Source of the DNA: Paraburkholderia sp.
Lineage (GTDB): Bacteria; Pseudomonadota; Gammaproteobacteria; Burkholderiales; Burkholderiaceae
Direction: 5' to 3'
Assembly: GCA_035636295.1 (NCBI GenBank)
Contig: DASPZL010000440.1
Span: 5,404-69,403 of the forward strand
Length of the DNA: 64,000 nucleotides
Shown here: positions 47,425-57,341 of the stretch, in pieces
Position numbering within the stretch: the stretch's first letter is position 1
How the letters are laid out: each line of letters opens with the position of its first letter
The notes under the pieces: generated by a model
What the model saw: the letters and a program-made list of their open reading frames with translations, nothing else
Told to the model about the DNA's origin: nothing
Database searches by the model: none
Made by a program: the position numbers and the translations under genes

Positions 47425-48278
47425 CGCAATCCGTCTCCATCGATAAAGGCGCAACGGCGCGGCGCGCGCCGAAGGCACGCTCGCGGCGGCTCGTGCTCGA
47501 TAGCGGCTGGGGCCGCTCGCTGCTGCAACTCGCGGCGGTGATCGCGTTTTTCGCGATCTGGGAGGGCGCGGCGCGTCTTGGCTGGGTATCGAATTTTCTG
47601 GTCGGCTCGCCTTCGAAAATTCTCGACGCGCTGATACGCGACATCCGGTCTCATCAGTTATTCATCGATACCGGCTACACGCTTTTCGAAGCCATTCTTG
47701 GTTTCGTGTTCGGCACGGCGGTCGGTTCGGTGTGCGGGCTCGCGCTCTGGTATTCGCCGTTCGTCGCGCGGCTGATCGAGCCGTTCATTGTCGCGATCAA
47801 CAGCGTGCCGAAGATCGCGTTCGCGCCGATCGTGATTCTATGGTTCGGCACCGGGCTGATATCGAAGGTCGCGCTGGCGATTTCGCTGACCGCCATCGTC
47901 GCGCTGATTGCGGCCTACGAGGCCGCGAAAGACGCCGATCCCGATCTCCAGGCGCTGCTCGTCACGCTGGGCGCCAACAAGAACGACGTGTTCATGAAGG
48001 TGGTGGTGCCGTTCACGCTGCCGTACGTGATCTCCACGTTCCGCATCAACGTCGGCTTCGGTCTGGTCGGCGCGGTGGTGGGCGAATTCATTTCGTCGGA
48101 GAAAGGGCTCGGGCACATGATCTTCACCGCGTCGAGCCTGTACGACCTCAACACGGTATGGGCGGGGCTCTTCGTGCTGATGGCGATCGGCTTCGTGCTG
48201 TACTTCCTGATCGACCTCATCGAGCGCAAGTTGCTGCCGTGGCGGCAGGCCTCGAATACGACCACGCTGAAGGTTTAA
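47421..48278 (+). CDS. NitT/TauT-family ABC transporter permease
   Basis: NSVPKIAFAPIVILWFG, GAVVGEF..SEKGLG; ATGA overlap. Confidence 0.9.
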   Translation: MTQSVSIDKGATARRAPKARSRRLVLDSGWGRSLLQLAAVIAFFAIWEGAARLGWVSNFLVGSPSKILDALIRDIRSHQLFIDTGYTLFEAILGFVFGTAVGSVCGLALWYSPFVARLIEPFIVAINSVPKIAFAPIVILWFGTGLISKVALAISLTAIVALIAAYEAAKDADPDLQALLVTLGANKNDVFMKVVVPFTLPYVISTFRINVGFGLVGAVVGEFISSEKGLGHMIFTASSLYDLNTVWAGLFVLMAIGFVLYFLIDLIERKLLPWRQASNTTTLKV

Positions 48279-48322
48279 ACACATTTCCGGCAGTCCAACC
48301 ACTTCTATCCCAGGACAGGACG

Positions 48323-49303
48323 ATGGCATTCACAGCAAAAAAAGCGCTGACCGCGCTGACCACAGCTTTGGCACTGACCGTTGCATCCGTTTCATCGCCG
48401 GCGTTTGCCGCCGACAAGAAAGTCACCATTTCGCAGGCCTTCCAGTCGATGCTCTATCTGCCGCTCTATGTGGCGATCGACGGCGGCTTCTTCACGAAGG
48501 AAGGGCTCGACGTCACCAAGCAGACGGCGGGCAGCCCGAGCGCGGCGCTCTCCGCGGTGCTGTCGGGCAGCGCCGATTTCTCGCTGCACGGACCGGAGTG
48601 GACGGCGGTCGCCGCGGAGAAGGGCGCCGATGTCGACATTATCGCCAACGTCGTGAACGGCGCGGCGGTATGGATCGCAGCCGCGCCTGACGTGAAATTC
48701 AACAGCATCAAGGACGTGAAGGATCAGGTCGTCGTGTCCGGACAGATGCCGACCACCAGCACGTCGCTGTTCTTCAAGTTGTTGAAGGAGAACGGCATGT
48801 CGCAGAGCGACGTCAAGCTGATTCAGGTGCCGCTCGGCTCGGAGATCGGGCCGCTCGTGGCCGGGCAGTCGAAGATCGCGGTGATGTATGAGCCGGGTCT
48901 CGACCAGGCCGTGGCGAAGGGCATGAAAGTAGTGCTGGGCTTTCCGAAGCTCTATGGCGAGTACGCGTTCTCGTCGATTTCGGCAAAACGCAGTGTCGAT
49001 CCCGATGCGGCCGCACGGTTCGTGAAGGGTCTGCAAAACGCGCTGCGCTACATGCAGAGCAATCCGGCTGAAACGCAGGCGATCGCGCGCAAGGAATTCC
49101 CGACGCTCGATCCGGTGGTGGTGGACGCGGCGGTCAAGCGCATGCTGACCGAAGGCGTGTATCCGAAGAGCGTCGACATCACGCCGAAGGCGCTGACCGT
49201 TGCAATGGATACGCAGATCGCGCTCGGCAACCTGAAGCAGCAGCCGAAGTACGATACATTCATCGTCCACAGTTATATCCAGCCCGCGCTTGCCGCGAAA
49301 TAA
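48323..49303 (+). CDS. NitT/TauT (NMT1/SsuA-like) substrate-binding protein
   Basis: signal peptide AFA-A; LYLPLYVAIDGGFF.KEGLDV, YEP. Confidence 0.88.
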   Translation: MAFTAKKALTALTTALALTVASVSSPAFAADKKVTISQAFQSMLYLPLYVAIDGGFFTKEGLDVTKQTAGSPSAALSAVLSGSADFSLHGPEWTAVAAEKGADVDIIANVVNGAAVWIAAAPDVKFNSIKDVKDQVVVSGQMPTTSTSLFFKLLKENGMSQSDVKLIQVPLGSEIGPLVAGQSKIAVMYEPGLDQAVAKGMKVVLGFPKLYGEYAFSSISAKRSVDPDAAARFVKGLQNALRYMQSNPAETQAIARKEFPTLDPVVVDAAVKRMLTEGVYPKSVDITPKALTVAMDTQIALGNLKQQPKYDTFIVHSYIQPALAAK

Positions 49304-49334
49304 ATCCGCTTTGAAATCGGTTACCGACGCTCTC

Positions 49335-50663
49335 ATGACTACGTTCAATCAATCGCCGGCCATCGGCGAGATTCGTGCCGCGATCGCCGCGGGTGACGCC
49401 ACGGTGGCGCAATACGTTTCAAGCGCTTACGATGCCGCGCGAAATTCGCAGGCGGCGTTGCACGCGTTCTGCTATCTGCCCGATACGCCGCCGGTCAATC
49501 TCGCCGACGCAACTGCGCCGCTCGCCGGCGTGCCGGTCGCGGTGAAGGATGTCATCGACACCGTCGACATGCCCACCGAGTTCAACTCGGCGGCCTACAA
49601 GGGGCGGCGTCCCGAGCAGGATGCGTGGGTGGTGGCGCGCTTGCGTGCCGCCGGCGCGTCGATTATCGGCAAGACGGTGACCACCGAGTTCGCGTGGCGT
49701 CATCCGGGGCCGACGGTCAATCCGTGGAACGGCGCGTTCACACCGGGCGGTTCGTCGAGCGGATCGGCGGCGGCGGTCGCGGCCGGCATCGTGCCGCTCG
49801 CGCTCGGCACGCAGACGCAGGGCTCGGTGATCCGCCCGGCGGCTTACTGCGGCATCGTCGGTTTCAAGCCCACGTACGGCACGATTGCGCGAACCGGTGT
49901 ATTGCCTCTGGCGTGGTCGCTGGATCACGTCGGACTGTTCGCGCGGCGTGTCGCGGATGTCGCATATGTGTTGAAACTCGTCACGGGCGTCGATGGCGCG
50001 GATCCGCATGTTTCGCATGTGGCTCCGGCGGCGCGCGGCGCAGGCACGCGCCGCATCGGCGTGTTGTCGAAACAGGCCGGCGGCGCCATTGAACCGGCCC
50101 AGCAGGCCGCGCTCGACCGGCTCGCGGCGAATCTCGCGCGCGACGGCGCGGAGATCGTCACCGTGGATTTGCCGCAGGAAATCTTCGAGACGCCGGCGCA
50201 CGCGCTGCAGTTGATGGCGGTGGAAGCGGCGATCACGCATGGCGAGCTGGTCGATCGCACGCCCGACCTCGTGAGCCCCGCAATGCGCGGTCTCGTCGAC
50301 GATGGGCGCAAGCTGCCGGCCACCACCTACGCGAGGATCAAGGCGGTGCAGGTGCCGATGGCGCAGCGCTTTCATGCGTGGCTCACGCAAACCCTGGCGC
50401 TCGATGCGCTGCTGGTTGCGCCCGCCACGGGCGAGCCGCCGCGTGGTCTCGACTATACGGGCGATGCCTCGTTTTGCGCGCCGTGGACTTTTCTCGGCGT
50501 GCCGGCCGTGACGGTGCCGGTGGGGTTCGGGCCGTCGGGTCTGCCGCTCGGCGCGCAACTGGTGGGCGTCGCGCAGGGCGACGCCGAGTTGCTGGCGTTG
50601 GCGGAGTGGGTCGAGGCGCGCACGGGTTGGGAAGCGGCGGTAACGCAGCGGCGGAGCGCGTGA
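49335..50663 (+). CDS. amidase-signature family amidase
   Basis: Lys-cisSer-Ser triad: AVKD, PGGSSSGSAAAVA, GTQTQGSVIRPA. Confidence 0.92.
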   Translation: MTTFNQSPAIGEIRAAIAAGDATVAQYVSSAYDAARNSQAALHAFCYLPDTPPVNLADATAPLAGVPVAVKDVIDTVDMPTEFNSAAYKGRRPEQDAWVVARLRAAGASIIGKTVTTEFAWRHPGPTVNPWNGAFTPGGSSSGSAAAVAAGIVPLALGTQTQGSVIRPAAYCGIVGFKPTYGTIARTGVLPLAWSLDHVGLFARRVADVAYVLKLVTGVDGADPHVSHVAPAARGAGTRRIGVLSKQAGGAIEPAQQAALDRLAANLARDGAEIVTVDLPQEIFETPAHALQLMAVEAAITHGELVDRTPDLVSPAMRGLVDDGRKLPATTYARIKAVQVPMAQRFHAWLTQTLALDALLVAPATGEPPRGLDYTGDASFCAPWTFLGVPAVTVPVGFGPSGLPLGAQLVGVAQGDAELLALAEWVEARTGWEAAVTQRRSA

Positions 50664-50691
50664 GCACGCAGAGCTCTTGAGCAGATCACGC

Positions 50692-50723
50692 TGAAAGGCC
50701 GGCCGCGCCGGGCCGGCCCTTCA
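50692..50723. terminator. hairpin between the convergent amidase and pit genes
   Basis: TGAAAGGCCGGCC-6nt-GGCCGGCCCTTCA. Confidence 0.55.
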
Positions 50724-50730
50724 ACGAGCT

Positions 50731-52317
50731 TTAGAACACTGCCCGGAACACCCAGTACAAGCCCGCCGCCAGCGCGATCGAAACCGGCAGCGTCAGCACC
50801 CAGGCGAGGATCAGGCTGCGCACGGTGGCCCATTGCAAGCCGGAGCCGTTGGCCGCCATCGTGCCGGCCACGCCCGACGAAAGCACGTGCGTGGTCGAGA
50901 CCGGCAAGCCGTACACGTCGGCCGCGCCGATCGTGAGCATCGCCACCAGTTCCGCCGATGCGCCCTGACCATAGGTCAGATGCTGCTTGCCGATCTTCTC
51001 GCCGACCGTCACGACAATGCGTTTCCAGCCCACCATCGTGCCCAGGCCCAGAGCAATGGCCACCGCAACCTTGACCCATGTCGGGATGAACTTGGTGGCG
51101 TGATCGGTTTGCGCCTTGAAGTTGTCGATGACCTTGGTGTCTTCAGGCGAGAAAGCCGGTTGCTTCGCCTTGTCCATCAGACGGATCGCTTCGGAGGCGA
51201 CATACATGTTGTTGCGCACGTTATCGACGACGCTTTGCGGCACTGCGGCCATCGATCCCGATGCGCCTACCTGATGGCCGATCACATCGGTCAGTTGCTG
51301 CAGGGCCGGCAAGGTGGCGGGCGTCAACTGGCGGGTGCGCACGTACGCTTCGACATCGGCGCGCGGATCGGCCGAGGGCGCGGCGCCTTGAGTGTATTTG
51401 GCGAGCGTCGCCGAAGTCTGCTGCGCGACCGCGACGAAGGTCTGCGTCTGTGCCGGCGTGACCGCCTTGTTCAGCGCGTACGCCGTCGGCACCGTGCCGA
51501 TCAGGATCAGCATGATGAGGCCCATGCCTTTCTGTCCGTCGTTCGAACCGTGCGCGAACGACACGCCCGTGCAGGTCAGAATCAGCAGGCTGCGGATCCA
51601 GAACGGCGGCGGTTCCTTGCCCTTCGGCTCGGCATACAACGCGGGAATGCGCACCACGGCCTTCAGGATCAGCAGCAGCAAACCCGCCGCGAGAAAGCCG
51701 ACCAGCGGCGAAAACAGCAGCGACTTGCCGACGCCGAGCGCCTGGTTCCAGTCCACGCCGCTCGTGCCGTTCGTGCCGTGCATCAACTGGTTCATCAGAC
51801 CGACGCCGATGATCGAGCCGATCAGCGTGTGCGAGCTCGACGACGGCAAGCCGAAATACCAGGTGCCGAGATTCCAGATGATCGCGGCGATCAGCAACGC
51901 GAATACCATCGAAAAACCGGCGCTGCTGCCCACTTGCAGAATCAGCTCCACGGGCAGCAGTTGCAGAATGCCGAACGCGACCGCGCCGCTCGACATCAGC
52001 ACGCCGAGGAAATTCCATCCGCCCGACCACACCACGGCAATGTTCGGCGCGAGCGAATGCGTGTAGATGACGGTCGCGACCGCGTTGGCGGTGTCGTGGA
52101 AACCGTTGACGAATTCGAAACCGAGCGCGATCAGCAGCGCGACCCCGAGCAGGAGATAAGGTAGAACCGAGCTTTCGCGGACCGGTTGCAAATCGGCCAA
52201 TAAATGCATGACGCAGTAAACGGCGCCGATAGCAATCACGGCGATGAAAATGGCGAGACCGAGATTGCGACCCTTGCCACTTGCAGCGCCCGATTGCGGG
52301 TACGAAAGTTCCGGCAT
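50731..52317 (-). CDS. pitA: inorganic phosphate transporter (PiT family)
   Basis: GFHDTANAVAT, GLPSSSSH, HGSNDGQKGMG, PVSTTH. Confidence 0.93.
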   Translation of the reverse strand: MPELSYPQSGAASGKGRNLGLAIFIAVIAIGAVYCVMHLLADLQPVRESSVLPYLLLGVALLIALGFEFVNGFHDTANAVATVIYTHSLAPNIAVVWSGGWNFLGVLMSSGAVAFGILQLLPVELILQVGSSAGFSMVFALLIAAIIWNLGTWYFGLPSSSSHTLIGSIIGVGLMNQLMHGTNGTSGVDWNQALGVGKSLLFSPLVGFLAAGLLLLILKAVVRIPALYAEPKGKEPPPFWIRSLLILTCTGVSFAHGSNDGQKGMGLIMLILIGTVPTAYALNKAVTPAQTQTFVAVAQQTSATLAKYTQGAAPSADPRADVEAYVRTRQLTPATLPALQQLTDVIGHQVGASGSMAAVPQSVVDNVRNNMYVASEAIRLMDKAKQPAFSPEDTKVIDNFKAQTDHATKFIPTWVKVAVAIALGLGTMVGWKRIVVTVGEKIGKQHLTYGQGASAELVAMLTIGAADVYGLPVSTTHVLSSGVAGTMAANGSGLQWATVRSLILAWVLTLPVSIALAAGLYWVFRAVF

Positions 52318-52368
52318 GACGTGTGCCCCAGGAGTTTGTCGCGGAGCTTCCGATGCTGCGTGGCTTGC

Positions 52369-52397
52369 GTGTCGAAATGATGACAGCGGCGTGACGC
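52369..52397 (-). promoter_or_regulatory. Pho-box-like array upstream of pit
   Basis: minus strand GCGTCAC-GCCG-CTGTCAT-CATT-TCGACAC, 11-bp period. Confidence 0.55.
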
Positions 52398-52564
52398 CGA
52401 GGCGGGACGCGGCTCGCGGGCGAACCGCGCCGGGATCGCACGTGAGCCGCCGGCATGGTTTGCTGCCCGTGTGGCGGAATCGGATGGTCAGCTATCCGAA
52501 AAGAACTACCCGGCGGCCGGGACTGACGCAGCGGCGGGGCCCGCCGCTGCGGTTGCGAGCGCGG

Positions 52565-53164
52565 TTACGGCGACACAGCGGAGATGACTTCCCCTGTCGC
52601 GCTGCCGCCCAGGCTGCGTTTATAGGCCTGCGCGACGGTGGCGGCCGGCACGCCTTGCGACGGATCGCGGCCCATCGACTTCAGCGTCTCGGCGACCCAC
52701 CCCGGACTCACCACGTTCACGCGGGCTTTGCCGCGCAATTCGAGCGCCGCCGACCGCGCGAACGCTTCCACGCCGGCATTCACGATGCTGACCGCCGCGC
52801 TGCCTTCCATCGGCTGCTGCGCGAGTACGCCGCTCGTCAGCGTGAAGCAGCCGCCTTGCGACACATGAGCGGCGCCACAGCGCACCAGGTTGACCTGGCC
52901 CATTAACTTGTTGGCAAGACTGAACGAGAAATCCTCGTCGGAAAGATTCGCGAGTGGGGCGAATTTCGCCGCGCCCGCCGCGCAGATCACGGCGTCGAGC
53001 GTGCCGGCTTGCCGGTACATCGACTCGATGCTCGCTTTGTCAGACAGGTCCACGTGCAGGGTGGAGCCCTTGCGGCTCGCGGTGACGATTTCATGTTCCG
53101 CCGTGAGGAGCTTGACCACCTCCGCGCCGACCAGGCCCGTTGCACCGATAATGAGTATTCGCAT
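52565..53164 (-). CDS. atypical short-chain dehydrogenase/reductase (paralog of 9489-10094)
   Basis: IIGATGLVG, KLMGQVN, TLTSG, RVNVVSP; AGGAGG RBS. Confidence 0.88.
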   Translation of the reverse strand: MRILIIGATGLVGAEVVKLLTAEHEIVTASRKGSTLHVDLSDKASIESMYRQAGTLDAVICAAGAAKFAPLANLSDEDFSFSLANKLMGQVNLVRCGAAHVSQGGCFTLTSGVLAQQPMEGSAAVSIVNAGVEAFARSAALELRGKARVNVVSPGWVAETLKSMGRDPSQGVPAATVAQAYKRSLGGSATGEVISAVSP

Positions 53165-53379
53165 ACATCCTCCTGATGCCCGGCCCATTCGTCTAGCGCG
53201 AGGGAGCCGTGGCCGGGTTCATCGACGAAGCGCGTCGACGCGTGTGTCCAGGATAGTCTCTCCCGAGGCGTCGCGCCATCGAACGGAAAGACCGAGCGTC
53301 CGCCAGGCAGGTACTATTCTTGCTGCGCTGCAGAAAGGCGTATTTCGAATGACCACTGTTCGACCGGGGAGCCGGGAAG

Positions 53380-54240
53380 ATGAACCGGAAAGACGACAAA
53401 GAGCCGGCGGACAACGAGCCGGCCGGCAAAAAGCCTTCGGCGCAGACGGCCTTCGCGTCGTATGCAGCGCCTCTTGTCGATCACGCGATCGAATACGCCA
53501 ATGCGGTGCGCGAGGACGCATCCCCTGAAGCGCTGCACGAGTTGCGCGTTTCGCTGCGGCGCTTGCGCTCGCTGTGGTGGGCCTTCCAACCTTTGCTTGA
53601 AGAAGGCGGGAACACGCGTCAACGGGCGCTGTACAAGTACCTCGCGACGGCGGCCGGCAAGACGCGCGATTGGGACATCCTGATCGAACTGCTTACGCAG
53701 GAAAACAACATCGCGAGCGATAAGATGCCGAACCTCGAGGAAGCTCGCGGTGGCGCGCTGGCGACGAGCCGGGAAACACTATCGAATGCCGACGTCAAAC
53801 ATTTGCTGCGCGAGGCCTTGACCAGCGCCACCCGCGAGTTGAACACCGCGCACGAGCGCGTGCCGCTCGGCAAATTCGCCAGTCAACGCGTGGCCGCCTC
53901 GGAGCGGACGTTGAAGAAGCGTATGAAACGCGCGCGGCACGCGAAGCGCTCCAACTACACCGCCTTTCACGATGTCAGAAAGGCGGGTAAGAAGCTGCGC
54001 TATCTGCTCGAGTTTTTCGAGCCGGTACTTAAAGGCGGCCGAAAACGGACGGTCAAGCGCTTGAAGCAGATCCAGAAACGTTTCGGGGCGCTGAACGATA
54101 TTGTCGCAAGCGAGATGTTGTTGCGCGATAACGCCGCCTTGCTCGCCGGGTCCGTCGATACCGACGCGGTGCTTGATTGGCTGAAGAAGGAGCGCAAACG
54201 CCGCATGCGCTCGGCGGCCGGGCTGCTGCGCAAACTGTAA
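53380..54240 (+). CDS. CHAD domain protein (polyphosphate-binding)
   Basis: LHELRVSLRRLRS, TRDWD, HDVRKAGKKLRY, FGALND. Confidence 0.88.
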   Translation: MNRKDDKEPADNEPAGKKPSAQTAFASYAAPLVDHAIEYANAVREDASPEALHELRVSLRRLRSLWWAFQPLLEEGGNTRQRALYKYLATAAGKTRDWDILIELLTQENNIASDKMPNLEEARGGALATSRETLSNADVKHLLREALTSATRELNTAHERVPLGKFASQRVAASERTLKKRMKRARHAKRSNYTAFHDVRKAGKKLRYLLEFFEPVLKGGRKRTVKRLKQIQKRFGALNDIVASEMLLRDNAALLAGSVDTDAVLDWLKKERKRRMRSAAGLLRKL

Positions 54241-54339
54241 CGAGCGCGGTGGCGGATCAGGCACACATTGATCGAAGCGGCGGCTCCCGAGAAAGCTTGC
54301 TAAGCGTGCGCATCTTGAGGGCGCAGCCGCATCCGTGAA

Positions 54340-55386
54340 TCAGGTGTTCCGGCTGCGTCGTGGCGCGAAGCCGCGCAACGTGACCGCGTCGCAGGCGCCG
54401 CCGCGCGTTCGCCGTGTGCGCTTGCCGGTGCCGGGCTCGTCCTCCGCTTCCAGCGGCTCGATTGGAAAACCGCGCCTCTGCCACGCGTCCAGATCGCCCT
54501 TCAACGCGCGAATCCGCGTATAGCCGTTGCTGCGCATCCGTTGCTTGATCTCGATGGCGGTCACGCTGTCCGGGCAAATGCAGTAAATCACCATGTCATA
54601 AGCGAGCAGCGCGCCGTCGATCTGTTCCGGCGAGCGCGGATCGAGCGCCAGCGCACCGGGAATGCGGCGCTGCGTCTCGAGCGTCAGCGCCTCTGGGCGG
54701 GCGTCGAGCACCTTGGGCGGCGCAATGCGGCGCGCTCCGCCGGGCTCCATGTGCGACGCCGCGGCGTGCGCGGCGTGCGCGAACCGGCGGCGTTCACGGT
54801 ATCGCTGCAGCAGACGGTAGGCCAGATAGATCAGCGCCGCGGCCAGCAGGACGTCGATGACCGTGCCGCCGCGGGCTCTGACGAACGCCAGCAGCATATG
54901 CAACTGCTGTTCCGCCGCGGCGCCGCCGAGCAGCCAGAAAGTGGCCCACGCCGCGGCGCCGGCAAGGTCCCACATCGCGTAGATGCGGGCATCGACGACG
55001 GTCGTGCCCATCAGCGGCGGTGTGATGAACGCGAGCCCTGGGATGAACTTCGAGATCGATACGAGCGGCACGCCGAAGCGTTCGAATAGCGAGCGCGCCT
55101 TGGCGACCTTCGCATCGACGGCCGGGGCGAGCAGGCCGAGCGCGGCGATCAGCTTGCGGCCGTAAATGCGGCCGGCGCTGAACCAGACGCCGTCGCCGAT
55201 GAGCGCACCGAACACGGCGGCGAACAGGATCGGCCAGAACGACAGATTGCCGGCGGCGATCGCCGTGCCCGCGAAGAGCAGCATGGGAACGGCGGGGATC
55301 GGCACACCGAGGCGCGTCAACAGCACGTTGAGAAACACGACCGCGCCGCCCCAGGTTGAAACCGCCGTGGACGGGATTTCTACCAA
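54340..55386 (-). CDS. DedA/VTT membrane protein fused to a rhodanese domain
   Basis: LGVPIPA, GALIGD, SKFIPG; C-terminal LDARP...RIPGA...YCICP; TTG start after AGGAG. Confidence 0.82.
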   Translation of the reverse strand: MVEIPSTAVSTWGGAVVFLNVLLTRLGVPIPAVPMLLFAGTAIAAGNLSFWPILFAAVFGALIGDGVWFSAGRIYGRKLIAALGLLAPAVDAKVAKARSLFERFGVPLVSISKFIPGLAFITPPLMGTTVVDARIYAMWDLAGAAAWATFWLLGGAAAEQQLHMLLAFVRARGGTVIDVLLAAALIYLAYRLLQRYRERRRFAHAAHAAASHMEPGGARRIAPPKVLDARPEALTLETQRRIPGALALDPRSPEQIDGALLAYDMVIYCICPDSVTAIEIKQRMRSNGYTRIRALKGDLDAWQRRGFPIEPLEAEDEPGTGKRTRRTRGGACDAVTLRGFAPRRSRNT

Positions 55387-55666
55387 TTGAAGCGCTCCTG
55401 TTCTTGCGATTGAGCGGGCGCGCGGCGGGGGCTTTTGCAGCCCCGAGACGAAATGTGTTTCCGACGAGCCCGCTTGCCGGTCTTTGGGTTCACCCGTTCT
55501 TCCATTCGCTCGCGTCCGGTGAAGTCGTATGTCACTCAGGATACTCGATGGATCTCGAGCCCGGCCAGCGCTCGGCGTCACCTGCCGATCCGCTGCAATT
55601 TCGTTCAAGACCCGGCGTCTGCGCGCTCTTAATCTGCGTGCTCGTTCCATCCAATAGGACAGCACC

Positions 55667-56572
55667 ATGAATTCGCGTTACGCCGGATATCTGTTTTGCG
55701 CGCTGGCGATGATCGGGGTCGGCAGCACCGTTGTGGTCAGCAAGTCGATCGCGGCCGGACTGCCGCCGTTTAGCGCGACCGCCTTGCGGTTCGCGATCGC
55801 GTTCCCGCTGTTCGTGCTGGCGATGCGCTGGCGCGGCGTGCGCTGGCCACGCCTCGACAGACGCGATACGTTGCTCGTGATCGCTCAGGCCGGCGCGGGC
55901 AGCGTCGGCTATACGGTGTTGCTCATCAGCGGGATGAAGCTCGCCTCGGCCGCCGATGCCGGCGTGATTGCCGGCACCTTGCCCGCTGTGTCCGCGCTGG
56001 TCGCGATGCTCGCGCTCGGTGAGCGTCCCGCGCCTGCCTTGATCGGCGCGATCGTTCTCGCCACGGCCGGCGTGCTGGTGTGCACGGTGCGTCTCGACGA
56101 TTTCACCGCGCCGCATGCGGCCCGTTCGCCGGCGGGCAACGCGCTCGTGTTCGCGGCGATCGTCTGCGAGGCGCTTTTCATCCTGCTCAATCGCAAGCTG
56201 CGCACGCCGGTCGCGCCGCTGCCGCTGTCGGCGTTGATGTGCGGCATCGGCCTCGCGGTGTCGATCGTGCCGGCATGCTTCGAACAACCGTGGCACGTGC
56301 CCGTCGACGTAAGGGCGCTGGGCGGCGTGTTGTATTACGCGTTGGTGCCGACGGTGGCGGGGTTTGTTCTCTGGTATGCGGGCGCGGCTCGTATCAGCGG
56401 CGCGGAGGCCGGGCTGATGACCGCGCTGGTGCCGGTCAGTGCAGTGGCGTTGGCCGCGCTCGTATTGGGCGAGGCGGTCAGCGCGGCGCAACTCACGGGC
56501 GTGGCGTGCGTGCTTGGCGCGGTGTTGCTCGCCACGTTCGGGCAGATGCGTACTGTGCGTGGTGCCGCGTGA
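55667..56572 (+). CDS. DMT/EamA family transporter
   Basis: 10 TM helices in two EamA repeats (ALRF, LGER, LGEAV). Confidence 0.9.
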   Translation: MNSRYAGYLFCALAMIGVGSTVVVSKSIAAGLPPFSATALRFAIAFPLFVLAMRWRGVRWPRLDRRDTLLVIAQAGAGSVGYTVLLISGMKLASAADAGVIAGTLPAVSALVAMLALGERPAPALIGAIVLATAGVLVCTVRLDDFTAPHAARSPAGNALVFAAIVCEALFILLNRKLRTPVAPLPLSALMCGIGLAVSIVPACFEQPWHVPVDVRALGGVLYYALVPTVAGFVLWYAGAARISGAEAGLMTALVPVSAVALAALVLGEAVSAAQLTGVACVLGAVLLATFGQMRTVRGAA

Positions 56573-56581
56573 GGCTTTACC

Positions 56582-57220
56582 TTACGTATTGGCGACCGCC
56601 ACCACGCCCGGATTGCCGACGATCGACAGAAACTCGCGACGCGTCGACGGATCGCTGCGGAACGTGCCCAGCATGCGCGAGGTGACCATCGTGACGCCGG
56701 CCTTGTGCACGCCGCGCGTCGACATGCATTGATGCGCGGCTTCGAGAATCACGCCGACGCCTGCCGGTTGCAGCACTTCGTTCAGCGTATCGGCGATCTG
56801 CACTGTCATCTTTTCCTGGATCTGCAGACGCTTGGCGAACGCATCGACGAGGCGCGCCAGCTTCGAGATGCCGACCACCCTATGCCCGGGCAGATACGCG
56901 ACGTGCGCGCGCCCGATGATCGGCACCATGTGATGCTCGCAATAGCTTTCGAAGCGGATGTCTTTCAGCACGATCATTTCGTCGTAGCCGTCCACTTCGG
57001 AGAAGGTGCGGGCGAGGATCTCGCGCGGATCGACCTGGTAACCCGCGAAGAACTCTTCATAAGCGCGCACCACGCGCGCCGGTGTGTCGAGCAGGCCTTC
57101 GCGCTCTGGATCGTCGCCGGCCCAACGCAGCAGCACACGAACCGCTGCTTCAGCTTCATCGCGGCTTGGGCGGCCCGTGGCGGGCGCGGGTTTGGTTTTC
57201 TTTGCCTTGCTGCTGGTCAT
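56582..57220 (-). CDS. folE: GTP cyclohydrolase I
   Basis: [40 protein letters not shown]. Confidence 0.95.
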   Translation of the reverse strand: MTSSKAKKTKPAPATGRPSRDEAEAAVRVLLRWAGDDPEREGLLDTPARVVRAYEEFFAGYQVDPREILARTFSEVDGYDEMIVLKDIRFESYCEHHMVPIIGRAHVAYLPGHRVVGISKLARLVDAFAKRLQIQEKMTVQIADTLNEVLQPAGVGVILEAAHQCMSTRGVHKAGVTMVTSRMLGTFRSDPSTRREFLSIVGNPGVVAVANT

Positions 57221-57341
57221 GCGGCGCTCCTCTGGATCGCGCGTCAACGCTATGCGGAGCGCGCGGGTTCGTTGTGTGCTGTCATTGTTCCATGTTTTGC
57301 GTCGAATCGTAGCGATCTCCCCTTTGACTGTCGGGGTGCCT

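Noticed and set aside
49335-50663. gatA (Glu-tRNA amidotransferase subunit A)
   Set aside because: No gatB or gatC nearby, GTQTQGS rather than GxDTGGS, and a catabolic operon context.
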